Shown here: piece after piece, positions 36,318-45,024 of the stretch | How positions within the stretch are numbered: the first letter of the stretch is position 1 | Layout: each line of letters opens with the position of its first letter | From: a virus | Direction: 5' to 3' (one strand) | Virus record (IMG/VR): IMGVR_UViG_3300032288_005579 | DNA length: 64,000 nt | The notes under the pieces: model-generated | Database searches by the model: none | What the model saw: the letters and a program-made list of their open reading frames with translations, nothing else | What the model was told of the DNA's origin: nothing | Program-made: the position numbers and the translations under genes

Positions 36318-36731
36318 ATGAACAACGACATAAAAAGAATGCAGAAGCTCGCAGGAATTTTGAGCGAAGGATTTTTTGGATTCGGTGGATCTAAAAAAGA
36401 CGGAGATAAAAAAGATTCCGGAAAAGAATCCGATGCCCTTGGAGGAAAAGATGTTAATCCCGATCAATTAGCTGTAGATAAGAAATATCGTTTCTACGGC
36501 TATCCCCAAAAGGAAAGGTCATCAGCCGCCAGTAAAAGTCCAGAAAAAGCTAAGAGCGAAGCATACTACTTAGCCAATGTCATCTTCGTAGCCAAAGATC
36601 CTGATTACGATGAATATAAATTCAAAATAGATACGGTTTATGATAGAAGACAGGGTGTGGAACCTGATAGAGGAACAAATATTGTTCTCAAAAACAACGA
36701 AGTTAAAGCGCTAATCAAAACCGCAGGATAA
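36318..36731 (+). CDS. Putative head-cargo protein with an RMQKLAGI leader
   Basis: N-terminus MNNDIKRMQKLAGILSEG. Confidence 0.7.
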   Translation: MNNDIKRMQKLAGILSEGFFGFGGSKKDGDKKDSGKESDALGGKDVNPDQLAVDKKYRFYGYPQKERSSAASKSPEKAKSEAYYLANVIFVAKDPDYDEYKFKIDTVYDRRQGVEPDRGTNIVLKNNEVKALIKTAG

Positions 36732-36734
36732 AAG

Positions 36735-36872
36735 ATGGCCACAAAGACCAACAAAAAAGCCGGTATGAACATCGGTAAAATCAGTTTCGGAAAACGTCGC
36801 GAAGGGGTTGCAAAGAAAAATTGGGGCCCCAAAGAGGAAAGACCGAAAAAATATAGGGGACAAGGAAGATAA
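36735..36872 (+). CDS. 45-aa basic peptide ending KKYRGQGR (absent from the ORF track)
   Basis: MATKTNKKAGMNIGKISFGKRREGVAKKNWGPKEERPKKYRGQGR. Fills the gap between the stop at 36731 and the promoter at 36876. Confidence 0.7.
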   Translation: MATKTNKKAGMNIGKISFGKRREGVAKKNWGPKEERPKKYRGQGR

Positions 36873-36875
36873 CTG

Positions 36876-36883
36876 ATATTTAT
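36876..36883 (+). promoter_or_regulatory. Putative late promoter ATATTTAT
   Basis: ATATTTAT-tagt-ATG. Confidence 0.6.
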
Positions 36884-36887
36884 TAGT

Positions 36888-37907
36888 ATGAAAAACATAA
36901 CGCACTTATACCAACAGTTGAACGAGGGCAAGATCAGCAAGGACTTCTTCATGAAGAACGCTCGCATGCAATTCCCGCAGTTCATCAGTCCCACACTATC
37001 ATTCAGGGACACTGTTAATGTTTTAAAGGGTAAGAGACTTATCCAAGAATCTCACACCATGACGGTGGATCAAGTCATAGACAGGTTAAATCCTTATCAT
37101 TTTAGAAGGGGCGTACAAAAAGAACTCGCAAAGATACAGGATCCGACAAGAGATGATGTTAGAAAGGTGAATGAGAAAGTCGCAAAGAGACTTCAAAAAG
37201 ATCCTATGACCTACGAGGATCAAATCTTCGCAAACGCAAAAGATATAGAAAAAAAGGACGATAAACTACAAACTGGTGAAGTTAAAGTCGGCACTCAAAG
37301 CGTTGACAAGAACAACGCCATGAAAGTTAAGAAGAAGCTTGAGTCCGCTAACACGCGCGCCACTAAGAAAGAGAACAAAAAAGGCAAACCCCGCGGAGTT
37401 AAGGTCATGACTTACAAGGCTAAGACCGCAAAAGGCATTTCCGAGACAATGCCCGCAACAGGTAAAGAGAAAGTACTTAAGGTTCTTCACGAAAATATGT
37501 ACGCTTCTGGCATTGCAACTCCACACAATTGGCACAGTGGAAAAGAAGTTAACACACCAAAAGGATTTGGTGTAGTTAAAGGGATTCACGGCGGCACTCT
37601 TGAGATCGAACTCAAAGACGGTGCGTTGGTAGAATACCAGATGAACATAGTTGAAAAGTACATGGATAAGGCCAAACAAGCAGATAACGCTTCTAACCAC
37701 GGTCAAGAAAAAGAGAACAACATTAAGGAAGTAACCAATTCTTTAAAAAATTTCGTTAAAAAATTGAAGGAAGTCATTCTTACCCAAACTAGTGGAGGTA
37801 AGAAGCAGATTGCAGTTGCAAAAAACCAAAAAAGCATATCTACATTACAAGGTGCTGGTTGGAAAGTGGAACCTGGAACGCAAGACGCTGAAATTCAAGG
37901 AAATTAA
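36888..37907 (+). CDS. Putative prohead core/internal protein
   Basis: Basic protein with LNEG, IQES, ISET, LHEN, IKEV and LKEV, directly upstream of the protease. Confidence 0.7.
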   Translation: MKNITHLYQQLNEGKISKDFFMKNARMQFPQFISPTLSFRDTVNVLKGKRLIQESHTMTVDQVIDRLNPYHFRRGVQKELAKIQDPTRDDVRKVNEKVAKRLQKDPMTYEDQIFANAKDIEKKDDKLQTGEVKVGTQSVDKNNAMKVKKKLESANTRATKKENKKGKPRGVKVMTYKAKTAKGISETMPATGKEKVLKVLHENMYASGIATPHNWHSGKEVNTPKGFGVVKGIHGGTLEIELKDGALVEYQMNIVEKYMDKAKQADNASNHGQEKENNIKEVTNSLKNFVKKLKEVILTQTSGGKKQIAVAKNQKSISTLQGAGWKVEPGTQDAEIQGN

Positions 37908-37908
37908 A

Positions 37909-38538
37909 ATGGCCAAAGAACTTCTGATAGAGTATTCGATATTCAAACCCCAAATGGGATTAAAAGAGGGGTTTCGAGCTTCCAACGGAAACATGGTCGT
38001 TAGCGGACAGGTGCAAGCGTGCGACAAGCCCAACGCAAACAAAAGAATATACCCATACGATACTCTAAAGAAACAGGTCGACCTATATTTAGACGGTCCG
38101 ATAAAAGAAAACAGGGCATTGGGTGAACTCGATCACCCTGAATCCTCAGTGATAAACTTAAAAAACGTTTCTCACATCATAAAGAACCTTTGGTGGGAGG
38201 ATAAAGATCTATACGGTACAGTGGAAGTTTTACCCACTCCCTCTGGAAACATACTCAAAGAGTTGTTCAAAAACAACATAACTGTTGGAATATCTTCGAG
38301 GGCACAGGGAAGCACCAGTCCCATAGGCGAAGGACTCGTTAAAGTAGAAGACGATCTAGAGATCATTTGTTGGGACTTCGTATCCCAGCCCTCTACTTAC
38401 GGTGCTTATATGAAACCTGTTTCTGGAATAAACGAATCCATAGATTACAATCAACGAATAGTAAATAACTACAGCAGAGCGAACGATCTGATGCGCAACA
38501 TAATTTGCGAAATGTCGGGTGTTTGTTGCGTGAAGTAA
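37909..38538 (+). CDS. Prohead core protease (T4 gp21-like)
   Basis: NANKRIYP, ALGELDHP (catalytic His), VGISSR (catalytic Ser) and WDFVSQPS. ATG at 37909 follows the TAA at 37905-07. Confidence 0.93.
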   Translation: MAKELLIEYSIFKPQMGLKEGFRASNGNMVVSGQVQACDKPNANKRIYPYDTLKKQVDLYLDGPIKENRALGELDHPESSVINLKNVSHIIKNLWWEDKDLYGTVEVLPTPSGNILKELFKNNITVGISSRAQGSTSPIGEGLVKVEDDLEIICWDFVSQPSTYGAYMKPVSGINESIDYNQRIVNNYSRANDLMRNIICEMSGVCCVK

Positions 38539-38559
38539 TCGTTTTTTTTTCAAGTGCGC

Positions 38560-38567
38560 ATATTTAT
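38560..38567 (+). promoter_or_regulatory. Putative late promoter ATATTTAT of the scaffold/capsid operon
   Basis: 90 nt upstream of the ATG at 38658. The leader contains two hairpins. Confidence 0.55.
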
Positions 38568-38657
38568 GGGTAAATGCGCGAATTTCTATTGTCGCGCTAT
38601 ACTATTTTTAACCCTATATCGTCTCAATTCTGAATAGACGATTAACGCACAAACAAG

Positions 38658-39938
38658 ATGGAAAAGAACATCTATCAACAAGCGATTCTTGACGCGAAAG
38701 CTATTCGTGCCAGTGCCATTGCGAACGCTAAAGCTAGTTTGCAAGAGGCTATCGAGCCGAAGATTCAAGAAATGATGCGTCTTAGACTTTCCGAAGAACT
38801 TGAAGAGGAGCTCGAAGAGGGCAACTACGAAGAGGGAATGAAACACGGGGAGATGGAAGAAGACGCTGTGAACGAAGCTTCTCTTGACGAGATCCTCGCC
38901 GAACTTGACGCCATGGAAGAAGGCAAAAAAGACATGGAAGAAGGTAAGGAGGAAATGGAAGAGGGCAAAGACGAAGAAAAAGTTGTAAAAGAAGCCGAAG
39001 ACGACGAAGAGCCAGCTGACGATGCCGAAGGCGAAGGTGAAGGCGATGATGCCGAAGCCGATGAGGAAGGCGGAGAAGAAGGCGAAGAAGGCGGCGAAGG
39101 CGAAGAAGGTGGTGAAGAGGAAGTCGACGATGACACCAAAGTGATTGACATCACTCTAGGTGACCTCAAGCAGATCCTACAATCCGTAATGGACGGTGAG
39201 GCTCAGGGCGAAGAGGACTTAGAGGCCGATATCGACATGCCGGGTGGAGAAGAAGGAGGCGAAGGCGAAGAAGCCGGCGCTGAAGCTCCCGAAGGCGGTG
39301 AAGGCGAAGAGGTTTCTCTTGACGAGATCCTTGCAGAACTCGAGAACGAAGGCTACGCTGGCGGAGCACAAACTGACAAAGCCGGCTCAGCAAAATTCCA
39401 AGAGGCTAAGGGTCACTCTGGGGGTGTATACACCAAAGGAGTTAAAGGCGTAAAAGAGGCCAAGAAAGATGACGAAGCGAAAGTCGAAGAGGGCAAGGGT
39501 CATTCCGGCGGCGTCTACACAAAAGGCGTTAAAGGTATGAAAGAAGCCAAGAAAGAGGACGAGAAGGATAAGAAAGAACTCGATGAGCTGAAGAAAGAGC
39601 TTAAAGAGGCCAAAAATGCTATCAAAGTCCTCAGCGAAAACATCAAAGAAGTCAACCTTCTGAATGCTAAGCTGCTTTTCATGAACAAGATTTTCAAAGC
39701 TAAGTCTCTTAACGAGTCTCAAAAAGTAAAAGTGATCAAAGCTTTTGATCGCGCTGGTTCTGTAAAAGAGGTGAAAAACGTGTACGAAACTTTGAAAGAG
39801 TCTTTGAATACAAAGTCTACGATTAAAGAATCTATCGGTTTCGCTTCGAAGCCCGCGGGTGTCGCCCCGGCAAAAGGCCCGATCGTTGAATCGGAAGCTT
39901 TTGTATCGCGTTGGCAAAAAATCGCTGGCATAAAGTAA
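38658..39938 (+). CDS. Prohead scaffold/core protein (gp22-like)
   Basis: Very acidic, with a C-terminal coiled coil, between protease and MCP. Ends FVSRWQKIAGIK. Confidence 0.85.
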   Translation: MEKNIYQQAILDAKAIRASAIANAKASLQEAIEPKIQEMMRLRLSEELEEELEEGNYEEGMKHGEMEEDAVNEASLDEILAELDAMEEGKKDMEEGKEEMEEGKDEEKVVKEAEDDEEPADDAEGEGEGDDAEADEEGGEEGEEGGEGEEGGEEEVDDDTKVIDITLGDLKQILQSVMDGEAQGEEDLEADIDMPGGEEGGEGEEAGAEAPEGGEGEEVSLDEILAELENEGYAGGAQTDKAGSAKFQEAKGHSGGVYTKGVKGVKEAKKDDEAKVEEGKGHSGGVYTKGVKGMKEAKKEDEKDKKELDELKKELKEAKNAIKVLSENIKEVNLLNAKLLFMNKIFKAKSLNESQKVKVIKAFDRAGSVKEVKNVYETLKESLNTKSTIKESIGFASKPAGVAPAKGPIVESEAFVSRWQKIAGIK

Positions 39939-39963
39939 TAAAAACAAAACCAATCACAAAACA

Positions 39964-41685
39964 ATGGCAAACTTAGTTCAAAACCTATTGTCCGAATCTG
40001 CCCAAACCGCTTTTGCTGATCAGAATGGCGTAGCCTCAAGATTAGCTAAGAAGTGGCAGAAGTCCGGACTCCTCGAGGGTCTTCAGGACTACGATAAGAC
40101 TGGCATGGCTGTCCTTTTGGAAAACCAAGCTAAGCAACTCGTAGTTGAAAACTCTCAAACCAACGGCGGCTTAAACGCTGGTGGTGCAACATTTACAGCA
40201 GGCACTGGCGAACAGTGGGCTGGTGTAGCTCTTCCGCTCGTGCGCAAGATCCTTGGTCAAATCTCTGCAAAAGAGTTCGTTAGCGTTCAGCCTATGAACC
40301 TTCCTGCGGGTCTGGTATTCTACCTCGACTTCCAGTACGGAGACACCAAGCGTCCTTTCACTACTGGAGATTCTCTCTACGGTAATGCAACCGCAAACTT
40401 CGGTAACGACAAAGCCGGTGCCCTTTACGGCGCTGGAAGATTCGGATACTCGTTGAACCAGTTCTCTGCATCCCTGTCGTCATCCAACCTTACGGCTTTC
40501 GGATCGGCTTCAGCTACATGGGACGAAGTTCGTTTCGATACAGCTTATTCAGCTTCTATCGTAAACAAGAGCATCACCAAATTCACAGTTCCTACTGCTT
40601 CTCTGTCTGCTTCTTTTAATGCACTCGGTGTAAGAGCGTTCATATTTACCACGGCTTCTTCGCCTGTAGGTACAACTAACGCAACTATCGGTGTCGCAGA
40701 TAACCTACAGCAGTTCACTAACATCTCTGCTTCCGTTGGTGGGGAATACATCGAATTCTTCATTAACAAAGCCATCGGCGGTGGTGGTAGCCACGCAAGT
40801 TCCGGCGTAAACAACACTTACGCTGTGTTCTTCAACAAGTCTACCGACTTCAACACTCGTGGTGATTTCGAAGATCGCACTGGCAACCCTTCCGTACCGA
40901 ACCAAGCTTCCGCAACATCTATCGTTATCCCAGAGATCAACGTACAGATGAAGTCTCAGACTGTGTCTGCAAAGACCCGCAAACTGAAGGCTCAGTGGAC
41001 GCCTGAATTCGCTCAGGACCTGAACGCTTACCACTCTCTCGACGCAGAAGCCGAATTGACCGGTATCCTCTCCGAGCACATCTCTCTTGAGATCGACCTC
41101 GAAGTTCTGGATATGTTGATCTCTCAGGCCCCTACAGTTGAGACTTGGTCCGCTACCGTTGGTAAACAAATCGACGCGGCAGGTACAGCGTTTAACCTGA
41201 ACACAAGCGGTGTATACTACACCCAGATGACCTGGTTCCAGACTCTCGGCATCAAACTGCAGAAAGTTAGCAACATCATCCACCAGAGAACTCTGCGTGG
41301 CGGTGCTAACTTCATGGTTGTTTCTCCGACCGTTGCTACCATACTCGAGTCCATCCCTGGATTCGCTGCTGATACAGACGGCGCAGCTGACAACATGAAG
41401 TACGCTTTCGGTGTGCAGAAAATCGGCGCTCTGAACAGCCGCTACAAAGTGTACAAAAACCCTTACATGACTGAGAACGTAATCCTTCTTGGTCTGAAAG
41501 GCTCCGCATTCCTAGAGTGTGGTGCAGTGTACGCCCCGTACGTGCCGCTGATCATGACGCCTCTTGTGTACGATCCTAATACCTTCACCCCTCGTAAAGG
41601 TATCATGACTCGCTACGCAATGACGATGCTGCGTCCTGAATTCTACGGCTTAGTACTCGTATCAGATCTGACTACAGCTCTCTGA
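39964..41685 (+). CDS. Major capsid protein (T4 gp23-like)
   Basis: AVLLENQAK, LPLVRK, FVSVQPMNLPAGLVFYLDF, TRKLKAQWTPEFAQDL, EIDLEVL, GAVYAPYVPL and FTPRKGIMTRYA. Confidence 0.97.
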   Translation: MANLVQNLLSESAQTAFADQNGVASRLAKKWQKSGLLEGLQDYDKTGMAVLLENQAKQLVVENSQTNGGLNAGGATFTAGTGEQWAGVALPLVRKILGQISAKEFVSVQPMNLPAGLVFYLDFQYGDTKRPFTTGDSLYGNATANFGNDKAGALYGAGRFGYSLNQFSASLSSSNLTAFGSASATWDEVRFDTAYSASIVNKSITKFTVPTASLSASFNALGVRAFIFTTASSPVGTTNATIGVADNLQQFTNISASVGGEYIEFFINKAIGGGGSHASSGVNNTYAVFFNKSTDFNTRGDFEDRTGNPSVPNQASATSIVIPEINVQMKSQTVSAKTRKLKAQWTPEFAQDLNAYHSLDAEAELTGILSEHISLEIDLEVLDMLISQAPTVETWSATVGKQIDAAGTAFNLNTSGVYYTQMTWFQTLGIKLQKVSNIIHQRTLRGGANFMVVSPTVATILESIPGFAADTDGAADNMKYAFGVQKIGALNSRYKVYKNPYMTENVILLGLKGSAFLECGAVYAPYVPLIMTPLVYDPNTFTPRKGIMTRYAMTMLRPEFYGLVLVSDLTTAL

Positions 41686-41705
41686 TAAAGCGCTACAGCT
41701 AAAAT

Positions 41706-41734
41706 AAAAAGCCCGCCCGTAAGCGGGCTTTTTT
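41706..41734 (+). terminator. Intrinsic terminator after the MCP gene
   Basis: AAAAA-GCCCGC-ccgtaa-GCGGGC-TTTTTT, 20 nt after the MCP stop. Confidence 0.9.
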
Positions 41735-41750
41735 ATTGTCTCTGGTGAGC

Positions 41751-41758
41751 ATATTTAT
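41751..41758 (+). promoter_or_regulatory. Putative late promoter ATATTTAT
   Basis: Lies just after the terminator and 17 nt before the GTG at 41776, so it could restart transcription of the neck genes. Confidence 0.65.
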
Positions 41759-41775
41759 ACAAAAGAAAAATACAA

Positions 41776-42942
41776 GTGGCAAATCCAGCAATATACGACG
41801 GCACACCAATACAAATATCAGGATCTACCCCGTTTGGATTCTATGATAACGATGCGTCATTTCAAAATGACGGTCCAAAAGTAGCAAATTATGTAGCAAG
41901 AAAATTGGGTTACGGGGTCATGGACGTTGAATTGGACGACATGAACATCTATGCTTGTTTCGAAGAAGCTGTTTCCATCTATTCAGAGGAGTTGTACCAA
42001 TTAAAAATAAAGGACAACTACATAAACATAGAGGGATCTGCTACAGCTTCGTTGTTAAATAACACAGTCGTAACCCCGAATCTAAACAATGTCATAGCCA
42101 TATCAGACACTTACGGAACTATGGCCGGTGTTGGAGGAACTGTTGAATGGTATTCAGGATCCATCAATCTAATACCCGATCAACAAGTGTACGACATGCA
42201 ACAGTGGGCGATAGACAACGCTGGTTTACAGCCCAACGATAGGATCGTCATAAAGCGCATATTCTACGAATCTAATCCAGCGATCAACCAATACTACGAT
42301 CCGTACATCGGTGGTTCCATAAACTACCAAGGTGCAACGGAAAACTTCGGTTGGGCCTCGTACTCTCCCGGTCTAAACTTCGTTCTGTTCCCTATTTATT
42401 GGGACATCGCAAGGATACAGGAAATCGAGATGTCTAACCAAGTGAGACGCTCGGCCTTTACATTCGAACTAATAAACAACAAACTCAGAATTTTCCCGAA
42501 ACCCCAAGACGCTGGTTACGTTCTGTGGTTCCAATACTCCAAGCTCAGCGAGCAATCGAGCGCTGCGTCTTCTAGTTTTTACGGCACCAATCAAGGACTT
42601 GTAAGCAATCCTTCAAACGTACCTTACGGCACAATAACGTATTCGCAGATAAACCATCCTGGAAAACAGTGGATTTACGAATACACTCTCGCTCTTGCCA
42701 CTGAATTGTTAGGCATCATAAGAGGAAAGTATTCGACTGTTCCCATACCCGGAGCCGAAGTGACTCTAAACGGTGGAGATTTAGTGGGTCGCGGTAGAGA
42801 CGCTCAGACCGCATTGAGAGAAAAACTCAGAGGAGATTTTGAAGACATGAGTAGAAAAGCTCAATTAGAAAGAAAACAAACAGAAAATCAGGCTTTGAAT
42901 GATACGTTAGTGAACATACCTCTCGTAATTTACATAGGATAA
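41776..42942 (+). CDS. Neck protein (gp13-like head-tail connector)
   Basis: YVARKLGYGVMDVELDD, WIYEYTLALATELLGIIRGKY...IPG.EVTLNG. Follows the MCP. Confidence 0.8.
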   Translation: MANPAIYDGTPIQISGSTPFGFYDNDASFQNDGPKVANYVARKLGYGVMDVELDDMNIYACFEEAVSIYSEELYQLKIKDNYINIEGSATASLLNNTVVTPNLNNVIAISDTYGTMAGVGGTVEWYSGSINLIPDQQVYDMQQWAIDNAGLQPNDRIVIKRIFYESNPAINQYYDPYIGGSINYQGATENFGWASYSPGLNFVLFPIYWDIARIQEIEMSNQVRRSAFTFELINNKLRIFPKPQDAGYVLWFQYSKLSEQSSAASSSFYGTNQGLVSNPSNVPYGTITYSQINHPGKQWIYEYTLALATELLGIIRGKYSTVPIPGAEVTLNGGDLVGRGRDAQTALREKLRGDFEDMSRKAQLERKQTENQALNDTLVNIPLVIYIG

Positions 42943-43433
42943 TGGCGCTTTTTGGATCAACAAGAGACATATCGACTTTCAGAGGGATCTCAAGAGAACT
43001 CTTAGAAAACATAATATCGCAAAATTGTGGATACTATAAACTCAAATTGAGCGACAGCCCAGTGAACGTATACGGTGAAGCCCCCAAAAAATACTTCATC
43101 GGGCCTGTATTATTGACGTGTTTAATAGAGCGCGGAGATTTCACAACAGAGAGAGTTGATTACGGTCCTACTACAAAACGATCTAACGTATTTAGATTTT
43201 TAAAATACCATTTACAACAAGCTAACATACTCCCTGAAGTTGGAGACGTAATAATGTACAACGAAGAGTATTACGAAGTTGACAACGTTAACGAAAACCA
43301 ATTCATAGTGGGTAAAGATAACGATTTTGACTACGAACCTGGATTGGAGGAATTTGGTACGTCTTATTCTGTGATCTTAGAAACTCACCTCGCCAATGTA
43401 GATACTTTAGGAATAACTCAAGCTAGACTCTAA
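42942..43433 (+). CDS. Neck/head-closure protein (gp14-like)
   Basis: NVYGEA.KKYF..P...C...R...F.F...L...PEVGDVI.YN..YYEV. Position after gp13-like gene. Confidence 0.65.
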   Translation: MALFGSTRDISTFRGISRELLENIISQNCGYYKLKLSDSPVNVYGEAPKKYFIGPVLLTCLIERGDFTTERVDYGPTTKRSNVFRFLKYHLQQANILPEVGDVIMYNEEYYEVDNVNENQFIVGKDNDFDYEPGLEEFGTSYSVILETHLANVDTLGITQARL

Positions 43434-44710
43434 TGGCACAAAAAACAAGAGCAAGAAGTAGACAAGAATTCATGAGTAAGCTCAATGAGCCTTACGAGTT
43501 ATCCAATTATCCAAATCCCAATCAGGTATACACAGAACCCAAAAAAGCGGGAATGCCTGAAGTGAAGAGGTCTGAACAAATGTCGTCCAGAAAAGACGGC
43601 GATAAAGACTTTCACGTAGGAATCAAAGACATAGATGAGGCCGTAATGTACTATTTTAAAGAGGTTTTAAAATTGACTGTAGTGCAAAACGGAACCGCGA
43701 TTGTTGTGCCTGTCATATACGGAAACCAGGAAAACTGGAAGAGCGTTCAATTGGACGGCTTTTACAGGGACAAAGAGGGGAAACTTATGGCGCCTCTGTT
43801 GATGTTTAAGCGCGATTCTGTGGCGCAAAACAGAAACTTAGGAAACAAATTGGACGGCAACCATGTGACCAATCTCCAATACTTTCAAAAGAAATACTCC
43901 AAAACAAATTTTTACAGCAACTTTAACGTACTAACCAATAGATCACCTGAAACCGAATACAAAGTTTCAGTCACCCCCGATTACGTCACCGTGACATACA
44001 CATGTTCCATGTGGACGCAATACATGGAGCAAATGGATAATCTCATAGAAGCCGTGAACTTCGCATCCAGGAGTTACTGGGGTGATCCCAATCGATTCCA
44101 ATTCTATACGTCTATAGAGACATTCAATGACGCGACAGAGTACAATCAGGGAGATAACAGGTTCGTTAGAACAAACTTCAATATCACCATAAATGCGTAT
44201 TTGATACCTGATACCATAAACAAAAAGATAGCTAATTCCACTAAAGCGTTTGGTTTATCAAAACTGGTTTTTGGATTAGAGGCCTCAGATAGTCCTATAG
44301 ATAAAGTAACAGTTTCTAAGAGCTCTAAAGGAGGAAAACCTATGGGCTCTATAATAGCCGCAGATTCTACGAATACAAACATAACAAACAACGTAGCGAC
44401 CGCGTATTCTATATTGGCGTACGTGAATGCAAATGTCACCAAAAAGGCGACGTCTGTACCGGCTCCTCACATCGCAAGATTCGCAGGTTGCACAATACTC
44501 CAACCCCCGGATGGCTCTGGTTTACCGAGTACCACAGCTTACAGTTTCACGGTATTTATAAACGGACAATACGTTCCGTCATCCCAGATAACTATAATAG
44601 ATAACACAACGTACGTAGATTTTGTGTTCAATATAAGTCAAATAACTGGGGGTCTTGGTTATCGATTAGAGACAGACGATGAAGTCATAGCAGTAGGAAA
44701 ATGGGTTTAA
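43433..44710 (+). CDS. Tail terminator/sheath-stabiliser (gp15-like) with a C-terminal extension
   Basis: VPVIYG...W...Q.DG...D..GK...P...F.R, and VTVTY...WTQY.EQM..LIE. Position after the neck genes. Confidence 0.65.
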   Translation: MAQKTRARSRQEFMSKLNEPYELSNYPNPNQVYTEPKKAGMPEVKRSEQMSSRKDGDKDFHVGIKDIDEAVMYYFKEVLKLTVVQNGTAIVVPVIYGNQENWKSVQLDGFYRDKEGKLMAPLLMFKRDSVAQNRNLGNKLDGNHVTNLQYFQKKYSKTNFYSNFNVLTNRSPETEYKVSVTPDYVTVTYTCSMWTQYMEQMDNLIEAVNFASRSYWGDPNRFQFYTSIETFNDATEYNQGDNRFVRTNFNITINAYLIPDTINKKIANSTKAFGLSKLVFGLEASDSPIDKVTVSKSSKGGKPMGSIIAADSTNTNITNNVATAYSILAYVNANVTKKATSVPAPHIARFAGCTILQPPDGSGLPSTTAYSFTVFINGQYVPSSQITIIDNTTYVDFVFNISQITGGLGYRLETDDEVIAVGKWV

Positions 44711-44711
44711 C

Positions 44712-44939
44712 ATGGCAAGATTAAAACTAAAACAGGTACTATCAAATTTGCAGTACGACGCGACTGAAAATAAACTCATGCTCAGCGGCAGCAATAATTC
44801 TTCAGAGCCTGATTTTGTAATTACAGGATCTGTCTACATAAAAACTGACACGGTCACAAGCGGTTCTTTGACCATTCAGGGCGTAGATACTTTTGGAGAC
44901 TCCGGAAGCTTCTACACCATGGATCTGGGCGAATATTAA
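44712..44939 (+). CDS. Small beta-rich structural protein
   Basis: 75 aa with ITGSV/SGSL motifs shared with the fibre proteins. Confidence 0.65.
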   Translation: MARLKLKQVLSNLQYDATENKLMLSGSNNSSEPDFVITGSVYIKTDTVTSGSLTIQGVDTFGDSGSFYTMDLGEY

Positions 44940-44962
44940 AAATAGTTATTGGTAATTGTTTC

Positions 44963-44970
44963 ATATTTAT
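44963..44970 (+). promoter_or_regulatory. Putative late promoter ATATTTAT
   Basis: 54 nt before the ATG at 45025, followed by the hairpin GTGGCT-ATAT-AGCCGC. Confidence 0.55.
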
Positions 44971-45024
44971 AGGTGGCTATATAGCCGCTATATTGTTGGT
45001 ACATACTAATTAGGAGCTAGACAC

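Noticed and set aside
37792-37908. ORF-track N-terminal extension of the prohead protease
   Set aside because: It overlaps the upstream gene by 116 nt. The ATG at 37909 directly after that gene's stop is more plausible.
30812-41685. Inteins or introns in terminase, portal or capsid genes
   Set aside because: The ORFs are continuous and of ordinary size. I saw no intein splice motifs or homing-endonuclease motifs.
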